DNA of 58,484 nucleotides from Psammoneis japonica (GCA_008632985.1 QPGO01000317.1:1-58484), one strand, 5' to 3'; numbered from the stretch's first letter, positions 14,167 to 26,138 are shown. The notes: generated from the sequence alone by a model not told the origin. Translations and numbers: made by a program.

Positions 14167-15141
14167 GGGTCTGCTCAGAGATGATGCTCAGCATGTGAGT
14201 GCTTTGACAAGCGCACCTCGACGTTGTGCGATGGAGTGTCGAAAATCCAGAAAAAAGTCAGCGCTGTCACAAACAGCGATTTTCGTCTGCATGTCTTCCG
14301 CCAAAAAAGGTCTATCCAGACAATCTGTTGTCACGATCTTATTCTCCGAAAGGCCTTTTGTCTGTAGAGGAGCAGTGCAAAAGGTTTGGGCCATTGAGAA
14401 CCCGTTCGGAGAAACCCAAAATGATTGAGCAGAAATAATTCTCACAATTTCCACTTTTCGCACACCATTCTACTTTCGTTTGCACTCGTTCTTCAAGCAC
14501 AGTGCACACCAATTTGACGCACGAGAAGATTTTGGAGGCATTTCTAGACCAGAGGTGCATCGCCATGGCAAATGACCCAGTTGACACAATGGTGGACAAA
14601 ATCTGTTCTGCACTCCTTTGGATGAACATCAACATTGACATCCAAGAGTTCTGTCCCAATTTAATGGCAACGGTGCAAGGTGGCGTGTGATGCTTGGGCA
14701 GACCAAGGAGCAGATTTTAGCTAGATTCATCTCATGTTGGCACTGCAATGTCTGGTGCCAGCTGGTGTTGCAGTGAAGGGCCATCCACACCTGAACAACA
14801 TTGTGCATCCTGTTTTCAATTCCAGAGCTGCTGCACAACTGGAGCACATCGACCCGGAAGAAAGGCCGCTCATGCACCAACAGATGTCATCAGAGACAGG
14901 AACCAAAGAGCACAGTTGGAATGGAACTGAGCACAAACTGTGTGAGAATTCCAACAATTGCTGTGCCTGCATTTTTGATTGTGTGTTCCATGGTCCCTGT
15001 TCAGGACAAGACCTGTTCACCTTCTCTCCCTCTGGTCAGCATCTCTGCAAGCCATGTGGGTTAACTGAGTGTCAAATTTTGGAGTGTGTTGATGATGACC
15101 CCAACATTTGCAAATGATGAGACAACCCAGAAGCAACCTCA

Positions 15142-16503
15142 TTGGTGGGTGATTCCGCCATGCACTTGGGCAGCTCTGTTTCCTCTGCACATGACGGACA
15201 AGTGGCAGACAATGAACTGCACTCATTGTCTGAGGACGGCAACAGCGTTTCCTCTGCATGTGACAGACCAGCGGCAGGCAATGAACTGAACTCCTTGTCA
15301 GAGGACGGCACTGGCATTTCCTCTGCAAGTGAGGGACTTGTGGCGGACAATGAACTGAGCTCATTGTCTTTGGAGGACTGCTCATGTCATGATTCTGAAT
15401 GCCACGCTCCAATTGTCATGGCAGAATCAGTGGTCATTCAGTCATCTGAACAAGAATCAGGTGCAGATGATGCACGTGACAACATTGTGGACAATCAACC
15501 CATGCCACCAGTCCTTTCACAAGTGCAAAATTTTGACATGGACGATTGCATGGGTGCCATTTTTGCACAAGTCTTTGAACTGCCAACCAACTCATTTAAT
15601 GTTTTGGTGTGTTGTTTTACACAAAATGTCACCTTGGAGATCACCAGACACAACAGAGGTGCAAATGTCCTGTGGCTGTGCATGACAAGGCCTGTCAATG
15701 CAGGAAATCTGTCCTCCTTGGACGATCTTTGTTTGGACCGTGGCGTGGTGGCTGTCCAATCCACACAGCAAAGAAGAGATGAGGCAAGGTGCCAAGTTGC
15801 AAAGGATCTTCACACAAACTCAAATGTCTGGGTTTGCACCATGTCCCCACAGGATGGAAGCGCCATGCATCACTTAAATTGCAACATCTCTGCAAAGGAT
15901 TTCATCACATGCGTCAAGTTGCGATTTGGAAGTGTGATTGATTTTAAGACCAGCAGATTTATTCAGATTTGCATTGACTGCTGCTGGATGCAAAGAGGGG
16001 AGTGGCAGCAGACAACATTTGGAAAACAATTCTTTTGCAAAAAACTGAAAGAGATGATGGAAATGTTGTTTCATCTGAAGCTCAAGAGGTGCCGCATCAT
16101 TGTCCCGTGCAACCTGTGGTCACTGGCCCAAGTTGTGCACAATTTGGAACACACAGAAGAACATGCACTGGTGCTGGGTGTGACCAAGGAGATGGCGTGT
16201 AACGAAGTGACAATTTGCCAGGCTTCTTGGGAAATTGTTGAGCAGGACCATGGGGATTGGTTGGGCAAACCATCTGACCAGGAAGCACTGCATTTGGGAG
16301 TCACAGAACAGGAAATTTGGGAAACACTCCCAGATGCAGAAGCCTGCAATTCGCACATGAGTGTCCCAGTTACAATGAAAAGAAACTGTTCAAGTTCTTT
16401 TCATTCAAGAGGAGAACGCCAAATTGGAAGGGGCAGGCAGGCAGATGGCCTTGCAGTTTTTTGGAAATGCAGGTCCATGTCAGTTTTGTGTTTGGTTCCT
16501 TAA
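15142..16503 (+). pseudogene. Degenerate unknown ORF with three 69-bp (23-aa) acidic repeats
   Basis: SSAxxxxxADNELxSLSEDG units at about 15178-15380. Tyr-free 453-aa frame. Confidence 0.35.
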
Positions 16504-16509
16504 AGCAGG

Positions 16510-18279
16510 TGAATGATTGTTGTCTCTGTCATCCAGATCATGTCCCTGCTGCACATGACAGTTGCTCATTTGTTTTCATGCACTCTTGTGAAATGGCTCT
16601 CCTCATGTTTTTCTGCGGTCTTGGACTGCCCAAACATGCTTTGTCCTCTTGTGTGTCTCTGCAATGCCGGGTTGCTCCTCATGCACCAACAACTTGTCAC
16701 AAACGGCGTCGATTGGCACCAAGTGCAGCTTTGGTGAGCACACTGTGAGTTCAGAAGTGGACAAAGCTTGGTTTTTCACTTGGTCCAATTGCCAGCAACT
16801 GACCAGGTCAGTGTGTTGGTGCATGTGTTCCACCATGGAAAACTTGTCAGCTTGGTGCACGCAAGGGTGAACAACTGCATGTGACTCACCATCGCTTTCC
16901 TTTTTAAAGAAACAGTGCAGTCATGATGGGAAGCACAAATCCCCCCTTCTTGTGCCAAAGTTCACATTTGCAGTCATGAAGGGGTCCTTCACTGTTGCAG
17001 TCTGGGTGAGCACGGTGAGTGTCCTCCCCATTTTTGTTGTGAAACTCCATTTTGCAAATGAGATTGATGGAGAAATTCTCTCCTGCTCCAACGCAATCCC
17101 TCCATTTCTTTTGAAAGAAATTGAGCAGGACTGGGCACACCTGACATTTCTTTTGCTTTCCATGCCAGAGGAAGCTGACTGCCTTGTTTGTTGCACTGTG
17201 TGTGATGGAAAATGTGCTGCCACCCAGTTTGTGATCTTCAGTCTCACAAGTCATGTTGTTTCATCCCAGTTTAGATGAAATCCATGGGTTCACCAACAGT
17301 GCATGGTGCACCGTCATTTGGTCTTGCACGCGTGACGCCACCTGACTCAGGAACATGTCAAAGCTGCGTTGTTGTGCCGTGGCTGATGGCAATTTGAAAA
17401 AGTCCTTTAACAACAATTCACCAAGACCCACGTCAAAGTTCATGGCATGACAGAAATGATGCAGAAAGATTGGAAGGTGAAGAAGCTTGTAAAGCTTTTG
17501 CAGCTTTCACCCAGCCCCTTTGTGTCCAGGGGAACAATGGACAATGCAAGACACCAGCAACCAAATTTTCTTTGAGATTTTGTTCAGGTTGGTTTTGTCG
17601 TTTGGTGGGTCACCCAGTTGATGGCAAGCATGGAAGGTCAGCAAGTCTTCCAGCAACTGGACACATTGCCTGACACTGCAGCCAAGGGGCTGTCTCTTTT
17701 TTTTTTGCTTTTCCATTGATTGCTGTTGTTGTTTCCTTCCTCCTTGGACTCGTCCTGTTGGTGTTCCATGGAATTGTCAGCGTCGGTTTTGCATGGAGCA
17801 TCTGTTTCATTGTCAGGATCACACTCATTGTTGGGGTTGTGCTCTTCCGGGCTGTTGAAGCAATTGATTTGGAATTTGGGAATCCTGCACCCGTTTGGCA
17901 ATGGAGGAGCATTGGTTTGGTCATGCTTGTCAGGAGTTGGCCCAAGCAGGACATTCGCAACAGATGCCCCACGTCGTGACCTCCTGAGCCAGGGTGGTGA
18001 CAAGCAATCTGATGAGGAAGAAAGGTCAAGATCCGCCGACCGCTGTCTGTGCAAGATGTCATTTATGCCAGGGGAAGTGTGACCCACAACACTGATGGAC
18101 AACTCTGGCAATGGGCAGGTGGCAACTGTCTCTTGACGTGACAAGCTGGACATCTCTCGAGCAAAAGAAAAACATTGCGGGTTGTGATGGAAATGGGTGA
18201 GCATCTGTTTGAATGATTGTTTACAACACGGACATGCAACTGCACCATCCTCAACCTGCCAACCAGTGTTTCCTTCCAA
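16510..18279 (-). mobile_element. Plavaka/EnSpm-like transposase remnant, internally deleted
   Basis: NFDVGLGELLLKDFFKLPSATAQQR and HRAHPDCNSEGPLHD (ancestral YRAHPDY..GPxYD) match C-terminal motifs I associate with Plavaka-type transposases. N-terminal CPCC..H...C finger at about 18240. Confidence 0.5.
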
Positions 18280-19847
18280 TTAGAAAATCCAGGGCATTTG
18301 TGTGCTCCACAAATGCATGTGTGGAGCAAATGCCTCACCGGTTTAGACAATGAAAAGTGAAATGATTGTGGCAGGCAGCAAGGAAAACACGACATGAATT
18401 GGTGCAAAAACATGGGTGCATTGCATGCTTCCTGTCAATGTAAACATCAACAGGTGGGAATGAATTGAATGCAATGCAATCATTGATTGCTTTGAGCATG
18501 AACAACAGATTGCAAAGGGGTTCAATCTACAGAAATGAGAAAGTAAGTTGCAATGTGATGGTCACAAGCAATGTGGACAAACCACACCGTGATGCTTGAT
18601 TGAGTGTGATGGCAGGGGTGCACCCACACCTGCAGCAGGAGACAAACACATCGCTGTCAACCATGAACGTCATTGTGAAAAATGACAGATTAATGGCCCA
18701 TTGGCCAAATGACTGCTGACAATAATTTGATGCTTTGTTGACAAACATGACGAACAAAAGAAGACAACAAATTGTGCAAGCAGAGTGCAACGCGGCTTTC
18801 AACGAAGTGGAGCGCTTGACAAATTCAACAGACTCAGGGAGAATGGTGCATTCTGATGGCACTGGTGGCAGTTGGTTCAAGGAGGGGAGGAGGGAACATG
18901 TGGATGACTCTCACCTCTGCCGTGACTGCATGGACCTCTGTTTTGCATGTTCTCCAGTGCACAATGGCGTGGGGATGATGACGATTGCCGGTTGATTTGG
19001 GAGGAACACTGGAAGAAGAGATGCAACTTGATGGTTTGGGTGTGCAACCATTTGAAGGGATGGAGTGATGAAGTGATTGAGTGCATGCATGCCAGCACAT
19101 GCATGTTCTCCATGAACAATGACCTCCACTGGGTGAACAGCGTCGTTGATTGTGGGGTCAACACTCACAAGTGCAAGGGCTGTTGGAACTGCATTGCAAC
19201 ACACCAAGACAGGCAAGAAAGGAAGTGCTGTGTCTGCAGTCATTGCCACAACAATGGAGAGAGTGAAATGAGGGATGAGTTGGCGGTGGGGTCCTTGTTT
19301 TACAATGCAAAACTTGTCATGGACATGAGAGACATTTTGGCATTGAGAGAGAAGTTGAGCGTCAGCTTGCCAACTTGTGGAATGGACAAAAGAGGCATGT
19401 GCGAACCATTGGGAGAAACATCAAGGTGGGGAGGCACTTGCAGACCAGTGATGGACAAGGAGGGGATTGCGTTTGATGCATTGAAAATGGTGAAGTGGTT
19501 CCAGCGTGACATCTTGTGGGACAGGCATGAAAGACTTTGGTTCTGTGACATGAACCAGAGTTCTTTCTTTTGTCTCCCAGGACTGTCAATGAATGGATGC
19601 TAGATTTGAATGCAAAGGAGAATCAAGGTGAAATTTATGAGCAGCAGAATTTTCAAAGCAGGAGAGAGGAAAGGTGTTGGGTGGAGAAACTGCGGTGTGT
19701 TCAAGCAGACAGTTTTGTGAGATGTGTCAGAGCAGAGTCATTGGCTTTCAATTGCATGACTGATTGTTCTGACGCCGGGTGTCACAGCAGGTTTAGAGTT
19801 GTGAGGCTAGAGGGAGATGACAAAGTGAACCAGATGACAATGTGGCA

Positions 19848-20797
19848 CCAAAAATGCTGGTTGTGCTGCAGCACAAGTGAGACACCGGGATGGTGTCAAT
19901 GCATGTGTCGTTTGTTCATTGTGACAAAAAAAAATTCATGGTTGCATCTCTTTAACATGCCTTTTTAAGTCAGACACCTGTGCTTGCCATTGAATGGGTT
20001 GGAAGTGAATTTTGACATTGCAGTCATGAAGAGGTTTGAACTGGAATTTGTGTGGATCGAAATTTTTCAAAAATGATGAGGAATGGCAAAATTGACAAAT
20101 TTAACACATGTTAAAAGTTTTGGACAAATCTCAATTATGTTGCAATTGAGAAAAGACAATCATTGGTGAGAGTGTCAGGTGTTCAGGTTGCTGGTTGCCG
20201 GTTGTCAGTTGCTGGTTGTTGGTTGCTGGTTGTCGGTTGCTGGTTGCTGGTTGCTGGTTGTTGGTTGCTGGTTGGCGGTTGCTGGTTGGCGGTTGCTGGT
20301 TGCTGGTTGCCAATTTTTGGTTGCCGGTTGCCGGTTGCCAGTTGGCGGTTGCTGGTTGCTGGTTGCCAGTTGCTGGTTGCCAGTTGCTGGCTGCCGGTTG
20401 CTGGTTGCCAGTTGCTGGTTGCCAGTTGGCAGTTGCCAGTTGCTGGTTGCCGGCAGCTGCCAAAAATGCTGGATGCACTGCAGCACAAGTGAGACACCGG
20501 GATGGTGCCAATGCATGTGTCATTTGTTCATTGCGGTTAAAAAAACCTTTTGTGGTCATATCTCTGAAACATGCCTTTTCAAGTGAGATGCTTGTGCATG
20601 CCATTGAATGGGTTGGAAGTGAATTTTGACATTGCAGTCATGAAGAGGTTTGAACTGGAATTTGTGTGGATAGAAATTTTTCAAAAATGATGAGGAATGG
20701 CAAAATTGACAAATTTAACACATGTCAAAAGTTTTGGACAATTCTCAATTGTGCTGCAATTGAGAAAAGACAATCATTGGTGAGAGTGTCAGGTGTT
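19848..20797 (+). repeat. Two diverged direct repeats of about 337 bp (19848-20183 and 20460-20797) flanking a heptamer array
   Basis: Both copies run from ccaaaaatgctgg to gagagtgtcaggtgtt. Confidence 0.92.
20184..20459 (+). repeat. 7-bp minisatellite (RGTTGCY)n
   Basis: About 39 degenerate ggttgct/ggttgcc/agttgct units. Confidence 0.95.
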
Positions 20798-20895
20798 TGG
20801 TGTTAAAAGAGAGGTTTGAAATTTTTGCAATGGTGACACACACAAGGGACCCAAGGCACAGAGCCACCCCACAATTCACAACAGTGGCACAGGCA

Positions 20896-22099
20896 ATGGC
20901 AAAGAAGAAGAAGAAACAGAGTGTGGAGGTGGCTGGAGATCAACCAACCAGCCCAAGGCCAACCGCGGCATTGGTGAGGGTGGGAGCCACTGGGGATCAC
21001 CAGTCTACAAAGAGAGAGGTGGAAGAGGTGGCACGGAGGGAGCTGTTCCCAAAGGCAAAGTTCCTTGTCAAGGCAGACATGGCAAGCAGTGACAAAGTGT
21101 CACGGCTCATCAGGAAAAAGACAGCCGGTGGCAATTGCAGCAAGCAAGACTGGGCAGGAGCGTGGGAAGACTGGGCAAAGAAGTGCGACATGCATGTGAT
21201 CAACACAAAAAGGAGAACCGTCACCAGGCAACACAGAAGAATGCAAAAGCTGGCAAGTGTTTTGTGGTGCACAGCATCTTGATTGTTGTTGCACTTGACA
21301 CTGGTGTGCCCCTGTTTGCTGAAGTTGTGTTGACAGAGGACCAAGCCAAGGAAACACGTGGTCAGAAGAAACCTGCAGCAAGGGGAAGAGGGAAGAACAA
21401 GAAGAGGAAGAAAAACAATCAGATGGTGGATGAAGAACCATTCCTGGCAACTTGGGAGGAGGAGACAGTGACAACAATTGTGAAGGACAAGCGCAAGAAC
21501 AAGGAAGCACATGCTTGGTTCTATGACAACATCCTAAAATTCACAAAGAGCACCACGACATGGAGAAAGAAGGCAGACTTGGGTGAGATGAAGGCACCTG
21601 GTTTGACTGCGGCAAGCAACAAGGCTCTGGGGCTGTTGACATTGGAAAACTGCTGGAAGAGTTGGGAGCACAAGGCCCTTCATGAAGAAACTGTTGGAGC
21701 GGGGGGGACTCAGAGGATGAGGAAGAGTCGGAACCAGCACCCAAGTGCGCAAACCCGACCTGGCAGCAAGACTCGTGGAAGGATGAAGGGATGTTGCAAT
21801 TCAACGAACTGCTTGCAGAAGTGAAGGAAGACAGGTCAAGTGAGGAAGGTGTGCAGTTTGACACATGGTGCAGCAGCGGCAAGAAAAGGAAGAGTGACAA
21901 AAAAAGCAAGGGAGCAAAAAGAAAGAAAAAGCTGGTGGGGAAGGAGGCAAGAACACAGGCAATGACAGAGCTTTCAAGTGATGACAAGGAGAACGAGGAA
22001 GAGGTGATGGACAAGAACAAAGGCAATGAGGACAGCAAAGAAGAGGAAGAAGAAAGTGAAGAGGGAAGCAAGAAGGAAGCAGATTCAGACAATGAGTGA
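20896..22099 (+). pseudogene. Plavaka-type accessory ORF, degenerate, with a Lys/Glu-rich C-terminus
   Basis: RRELFPKAKFL, INTKR, ALGLLTLENCW and SWKDEGMLQFNELLAEVKEDR resemble the EAFxLLxxEN..W / GWSxEG...FN.L...V..DR pattern of TE accessory proteins. Frameshifts present. Confidence 0.45.
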
Positions 22100-24287
22100 G
22101 CTGCAGTGTGAAAAGGTGGCAGAGCCTTTTGTCAGTGCAAGAATGGAAAGTGGCAAAGCAATGCATCAGTGTTCATTGTAAACAGTTACAATGTGGCAGT
22201 GCAGCATTTTAGTGTTCATTGACACATGATCCAAACTGTCAATTGACAACCAGTGTTTGCAATGGAGCACTCCTCAAACCCATGAAACGTGTTGATCAGC
22301 AGTAATTTGTCATTTAAAAAGACTTTCAAACATCACAGTAAAAAGGTAAAAAGGGATGGCATTCTGAAGGTGGAATGAGTGGTGTGTTCATGGCCAAGGG
22401 TTGGATCTCACAGGGAAAGGTGGGTTCCAATGGCATGAAATGCTGGTCTGTCACAATTGATAAAATGTCACCATGCACACAACTGTCAAGGTTTGAAATC
22501 ACAACAATTGTCGCCACAATGGATTAAAAAACACCTGTGAGAAAGGTGGTCAGGATCACTGTAATGTGCGCTCTGATGCTGGTGTGTTTCCCATGAAAGG
22601 GTGCAGTGTTTGACACAGTGTTTCTGTTGTGTGTCTTCAAATTGCTCAGGCCTTGATTGCAGTGGATGAAGACTCATCCCAACTTGCTGTCTTTGATGCT
22701 GCTCTTGTCATTTGTTGGGTGTTGTGCTGCCTCCTCCAACTTGCAAGAAAAATGGGACTCAATTTTCCTCTCAGTCACGTGGCATTGTGCTCACACTCAT
22801 GAATGAAGGAAGTGCACTTGCAGTTGAGGGATTCATCAATCTTGTTAGAACAGGCTGGTTTCATTTTCCTGATCACTCCACAGCAGCCACTGAAATGCAA
22901 AATTTGTGGGTCACAAATTAATCAACAAAGACAAATGGCTCAAATTTTTTTCAAAATGAAAGCATGTGCAAGGTCTCTGAGCACTTCATTTTTCACTTCA
23001 AATGAGCAAATGCTGCTGTTTCGAAACCACAGGTCTGCAAGTGATGTGAAACAACTGGCCAATCAGATTGTTGTCATTGCAAAGAGCCATGTGATGTTTT
23101 TGTTGAAATCTTGCGATGCATCGTTGTGAGTTGCCACCAGAAGAAGGCAGTTTCCTTTGAAAATGATGACTTCTTGTCACTTCTCATGCATCATGTCTTT
23201 TCTCAATCAAAGTAAAAAGAATGCCTGCACCTTGAATTGCACCAGAGGATGTTGTCCGCACTGCAAAGACAATCTCTTGGAGAGTGACAAGGTCATGTCG
23301 CAACTCACACGGCACGGTGATTGTGCGGGGATTCAGAATCTGTTGCAACTTTTTTGATTCAGCAGGTCTGGCAGGGCACCGCATCAAGTGTGATCATGTT
23401 CTGCTCTTGGTTCTGTGGATCACAATGTTGTGGTGACTCTGCCACTGCCCCCACTTCCCACTCCTGCTGTCTTGCCGTTGACATCGCCGTTCCAAAGCCT
23501 CTGCCGCTTCCAGCTCCTGGACTGCCTGCTCCATTCAAGACCCTGTGACCAAGGCACACCATGCAAGCATGGAACAGAAATTCCATGGAACCCATGAAAC
23601 TCAACATGGCACCACCATCATCAACTCTTTGAATGATTCCAAAATCCACCTCATCCCTTTTGCCATCGACCACCTTGGTGCACCCGGATGCTCAGCTCAC
23701 CATCTGCTCTTTGGTGACACCTAAAAAACCCTCTCCCTCCCCCATCCCCTCCACCCTGGAACTTGAAATCCTCCTTCCAACACCCAGCCACCTGCACATG
23801 CCAGTGCCCGACTCTCCCCCCCCCCAGGAAGCCTCCTCCCTGTCGCCATGACATCTTGGACATCCATCACCTCAACCAGATTCGGGCTCACACACCACGC
23901 CACCACCCCGAGCCAATGGGGCTTCCAAAGCTTCAATCTTGTGGTCCCTCGCTGACCATCCTTCGCCACTGCACCAAACTTCAATCACAACTTGCCAATC
24001 CAACTCCGAGAACTCCCCACCTGCATGACGCCGCGCGCAGCGTTAGTTTCATCCCACTGCGCCGTCTGTGCTTCACACCGCGCCACTAGGTGACGTTGCG
24101 CGTGACCTCCTCACGCAAAAGCCTTCACGCTCCGCCCTTTGCGATGATTCCATGATTCCCTCCAGAAGCAGAAGTGCCAGCATGAATAGGTCGAAAAGAG
24201 AGGGTCTGCAGATCGAGGAAGCAAAACGTTAATATTGTGTAATGCTCTTTTGCATTTGATCTGTTGATTCTTCTCTAATTTTCCGCT

Positions 24288-25405
24288 ATGTCGTCAGTGC
24301 CTGAAACCATGAAGGTATGTAGAATAAAAGAACACGCTTGAAGTGTGGTGCACGTTTTCCTTTCAACTTTCAACTCCTCCAAACGATTCAATTCTCATCG
24401 CAGGCAGTAGTGATTCATGCTACTGGGGATGCTCAATCTCTCAAGGTCACGACTGATTATCCGGTACCAACTCTCCAGCCCGGACAGGTCCTAGTAAAGA
24501 ACGAATTTGCAGGAATCAACTTTATTGACACCTATCACCGCAGTGGACTCTATCCTCGTAAGTTGCCCTTTATCCTTGGCGTGGACGGTGGAGGCGTTGT
24601 TGTAGCGGTAACTCCCGAGGCTGCTGACGTCAAAGTGGGAGATCGTGTTGCCTACAGCATGGTGGAAACCTATTGCGAATACACGGCGGTGCCGGCATCC
24701 AAGCTTGTTCCTGTTCCGGACGATATGGACATGACGGTTGCTGTAGCGTGCATGGTCCAGGGCTTGACGGCTCACTACCTCACCACGTCGGCTCATGCAA
24801 ACCTGATTCAAAAAGGAGAATGGTGTCTCATTTACAGTGTTGGTAGTGGAACTTGTCAGTGGGCCGCTCAAATGGCAAAAGCAAAAGGTTACAAGGTGAT
24901 TGGAACGTGTTCCAAAGGAAAGGCTGACGCTGTGCGAGCACTGAATTGTTGCGACGAGCTCATTGTGTTGGAAGAAGTTCAGGGAGCGTCGTATTCGGAT
25001 TACAGCAGCGTGGATATAGTTGAAAAAGTAATGGAGGTTTCGGGTGGGGAGGGCGTGAAATGCATTATTGATGGAGTTGGAAAGTCAACGGCCGACGTTT
25101 CATTGAGTTGTCTCGCAACAAGGGGCATTTTCATTTCGTTTGGCAACGCGTCAGGGCCTGTACCTGCCTTTCCAGTGCTAAAACTGGGTGGAAAGTCAGC
25201 TTTTGTGACTCGCCCAAAGGCGAGCGATTACACAGCCACGCGTGAAGAACTCATGGATCGAGCGCGCGATGTGTTCGGTTGGGTAAAAGACGGAACACTG
25301 AAAATTGTGGTGGACCAGGTGTTTGCCTTGGAAGATGCTGTGGATGGTCACGTCTATCTGGAGTCCGGCAAGAGCAAGGGGAAGCTCCTTTTTCGCGTGT
25401 CCTAG
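24288..25405 (+). CDS. NADPH:quinone oxidoreductase (zeta-crystallin/QOR, MDR family); exons 24288-24314 and 24404-25405
   Basis: MSSVPETMK then a GT..AG intron (24315-24403) in frame with AVVIH. Motifs GINFIDTYHRSGLYP, QGLTAHYL, DGVGK, SFGNASG and LESGKSKGKLL. Confidence 0.95.
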
Positions 25406-26138
25406 AGCTGAGTCCGCATAATACTACCGAATCTAGGACCGAGTGTTTAGAGTTCTAAAAAGTTACGCGAAGTGGGGAGCATTGGCCCCGCGTGCACCGT
25501 ATGGCTACCGATAGAGTAGTTACCATTGCATCTTGTCGTCATGCTACCAAACGGCCGGGCCTAGAGCGCTGTACTAGCAACTGCTGTGAGCCATCAACGA
25601 GAAAGAAGCGATGAATAATCACTCCCTCTTGTCCGGAATCAAGAGCTTCTTTTAAGTACGGTACCTTTGTCCGCCGGCTTGAAACATCACAGTACTATAC
25701 GATTTCATATCCCACGTGGCACAAGTCGCTGTGAATGAACGCCTTCATATATCAGGGCCCAAGAGAAATGCCATTCAATGGGGTTGAATCGCGTACCGTC
25801 GCACGAAAAAAGGATTTAGATTAGTCCATCATCGCAATCAATCACTGGCTCAACCGACGGGCAGCCGATGAATCTCGCGAACTTGTCGAGAAATTTTAAT
25901 TCTGCACCTGTTGCGATTGGTATGCTGATTTTGGTAGAATTAAAACCGGAATCTCAAAATAAGCAGAGTGGACCTTACTCGAACGGAAGAAAGCACTGGA
26001 ACCAACCCACCAAACAAATAATCAGATGTAGAGTACTTCTCGATCTTTCTGTCGTCACATACGATGTGTCGCAATGTTCAAATTGTCAATTTCTGTCGAG
26101 GAGAGCATGAAACGCGAACGAGATCGATCCCTTCTTCT

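Larger units (their letters stand above)
9258..14313. mobile_element. ISL2EU-type (PIF/Harbinger-related) DNA transposon with two convergent genes
   Basis: 17-bp perfect TIRs: agaccttttttggcgga at 9258-9274 and tccgccaaaaaaggtct at 14297-14313. Inner inverted match gtgacagcgc (9291) / gcgctgtcac (14261). Right flank is AT and left flank is AC, consistent with an AT TSD after a TA->CA change. A DDE_Tnp_4-like transposase lies inside. Confidence 0.85.
1..24090. mobile_element. Block of nested, degenerate transposon-derived DNA, strongly TpA-depleted and mostly CpG-depleted
   Basis: Hand count gives about 3 TA in 1-600 versus about 25 in host exon 24421-25020. The block has broken Cys/His-rich ORFs and contains recognisable ISL2EU and Plavaka-like pieces. 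Composition returns to normal near 24.1 kb. Confidence 0.8.

Noticed and set aside
20184..20459. Interstitial telomere
   Set aside because: The unit is a degenerate RGTTGCY without a GGG run and does not match TTAGGG-type repeats.
20131..20629. Repetitive ORFs (NQQPAT / VAGCWLL)
   Set aside because: These are translations of a 7-bp minisatellite that is open in all frames.
24086..24089. Helitron 3' end (CTAG) at the TE/host border
   Set aside because: It is not followed by T, there is no convincing hairpin, and no Helitron coding sequence lies in that block.
1..24090. Metallothionein-like or Cys/His-rich protein genes, or an alternative genetic code
   Set aside because: The Cys/His excess and open frames follow from TA->TG/CA. 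Neighbouring host genes use the standard code with normal Tyr and TAA/TAG stops.
1..24090. Classical fungal RIP or CpG decay as the sole explanation
   Set aside because: RIP increases TpA, and CpG decay cannot turn Tyr codons into His/Cys. The Helitron region also keeps CpG while lacking TpA.
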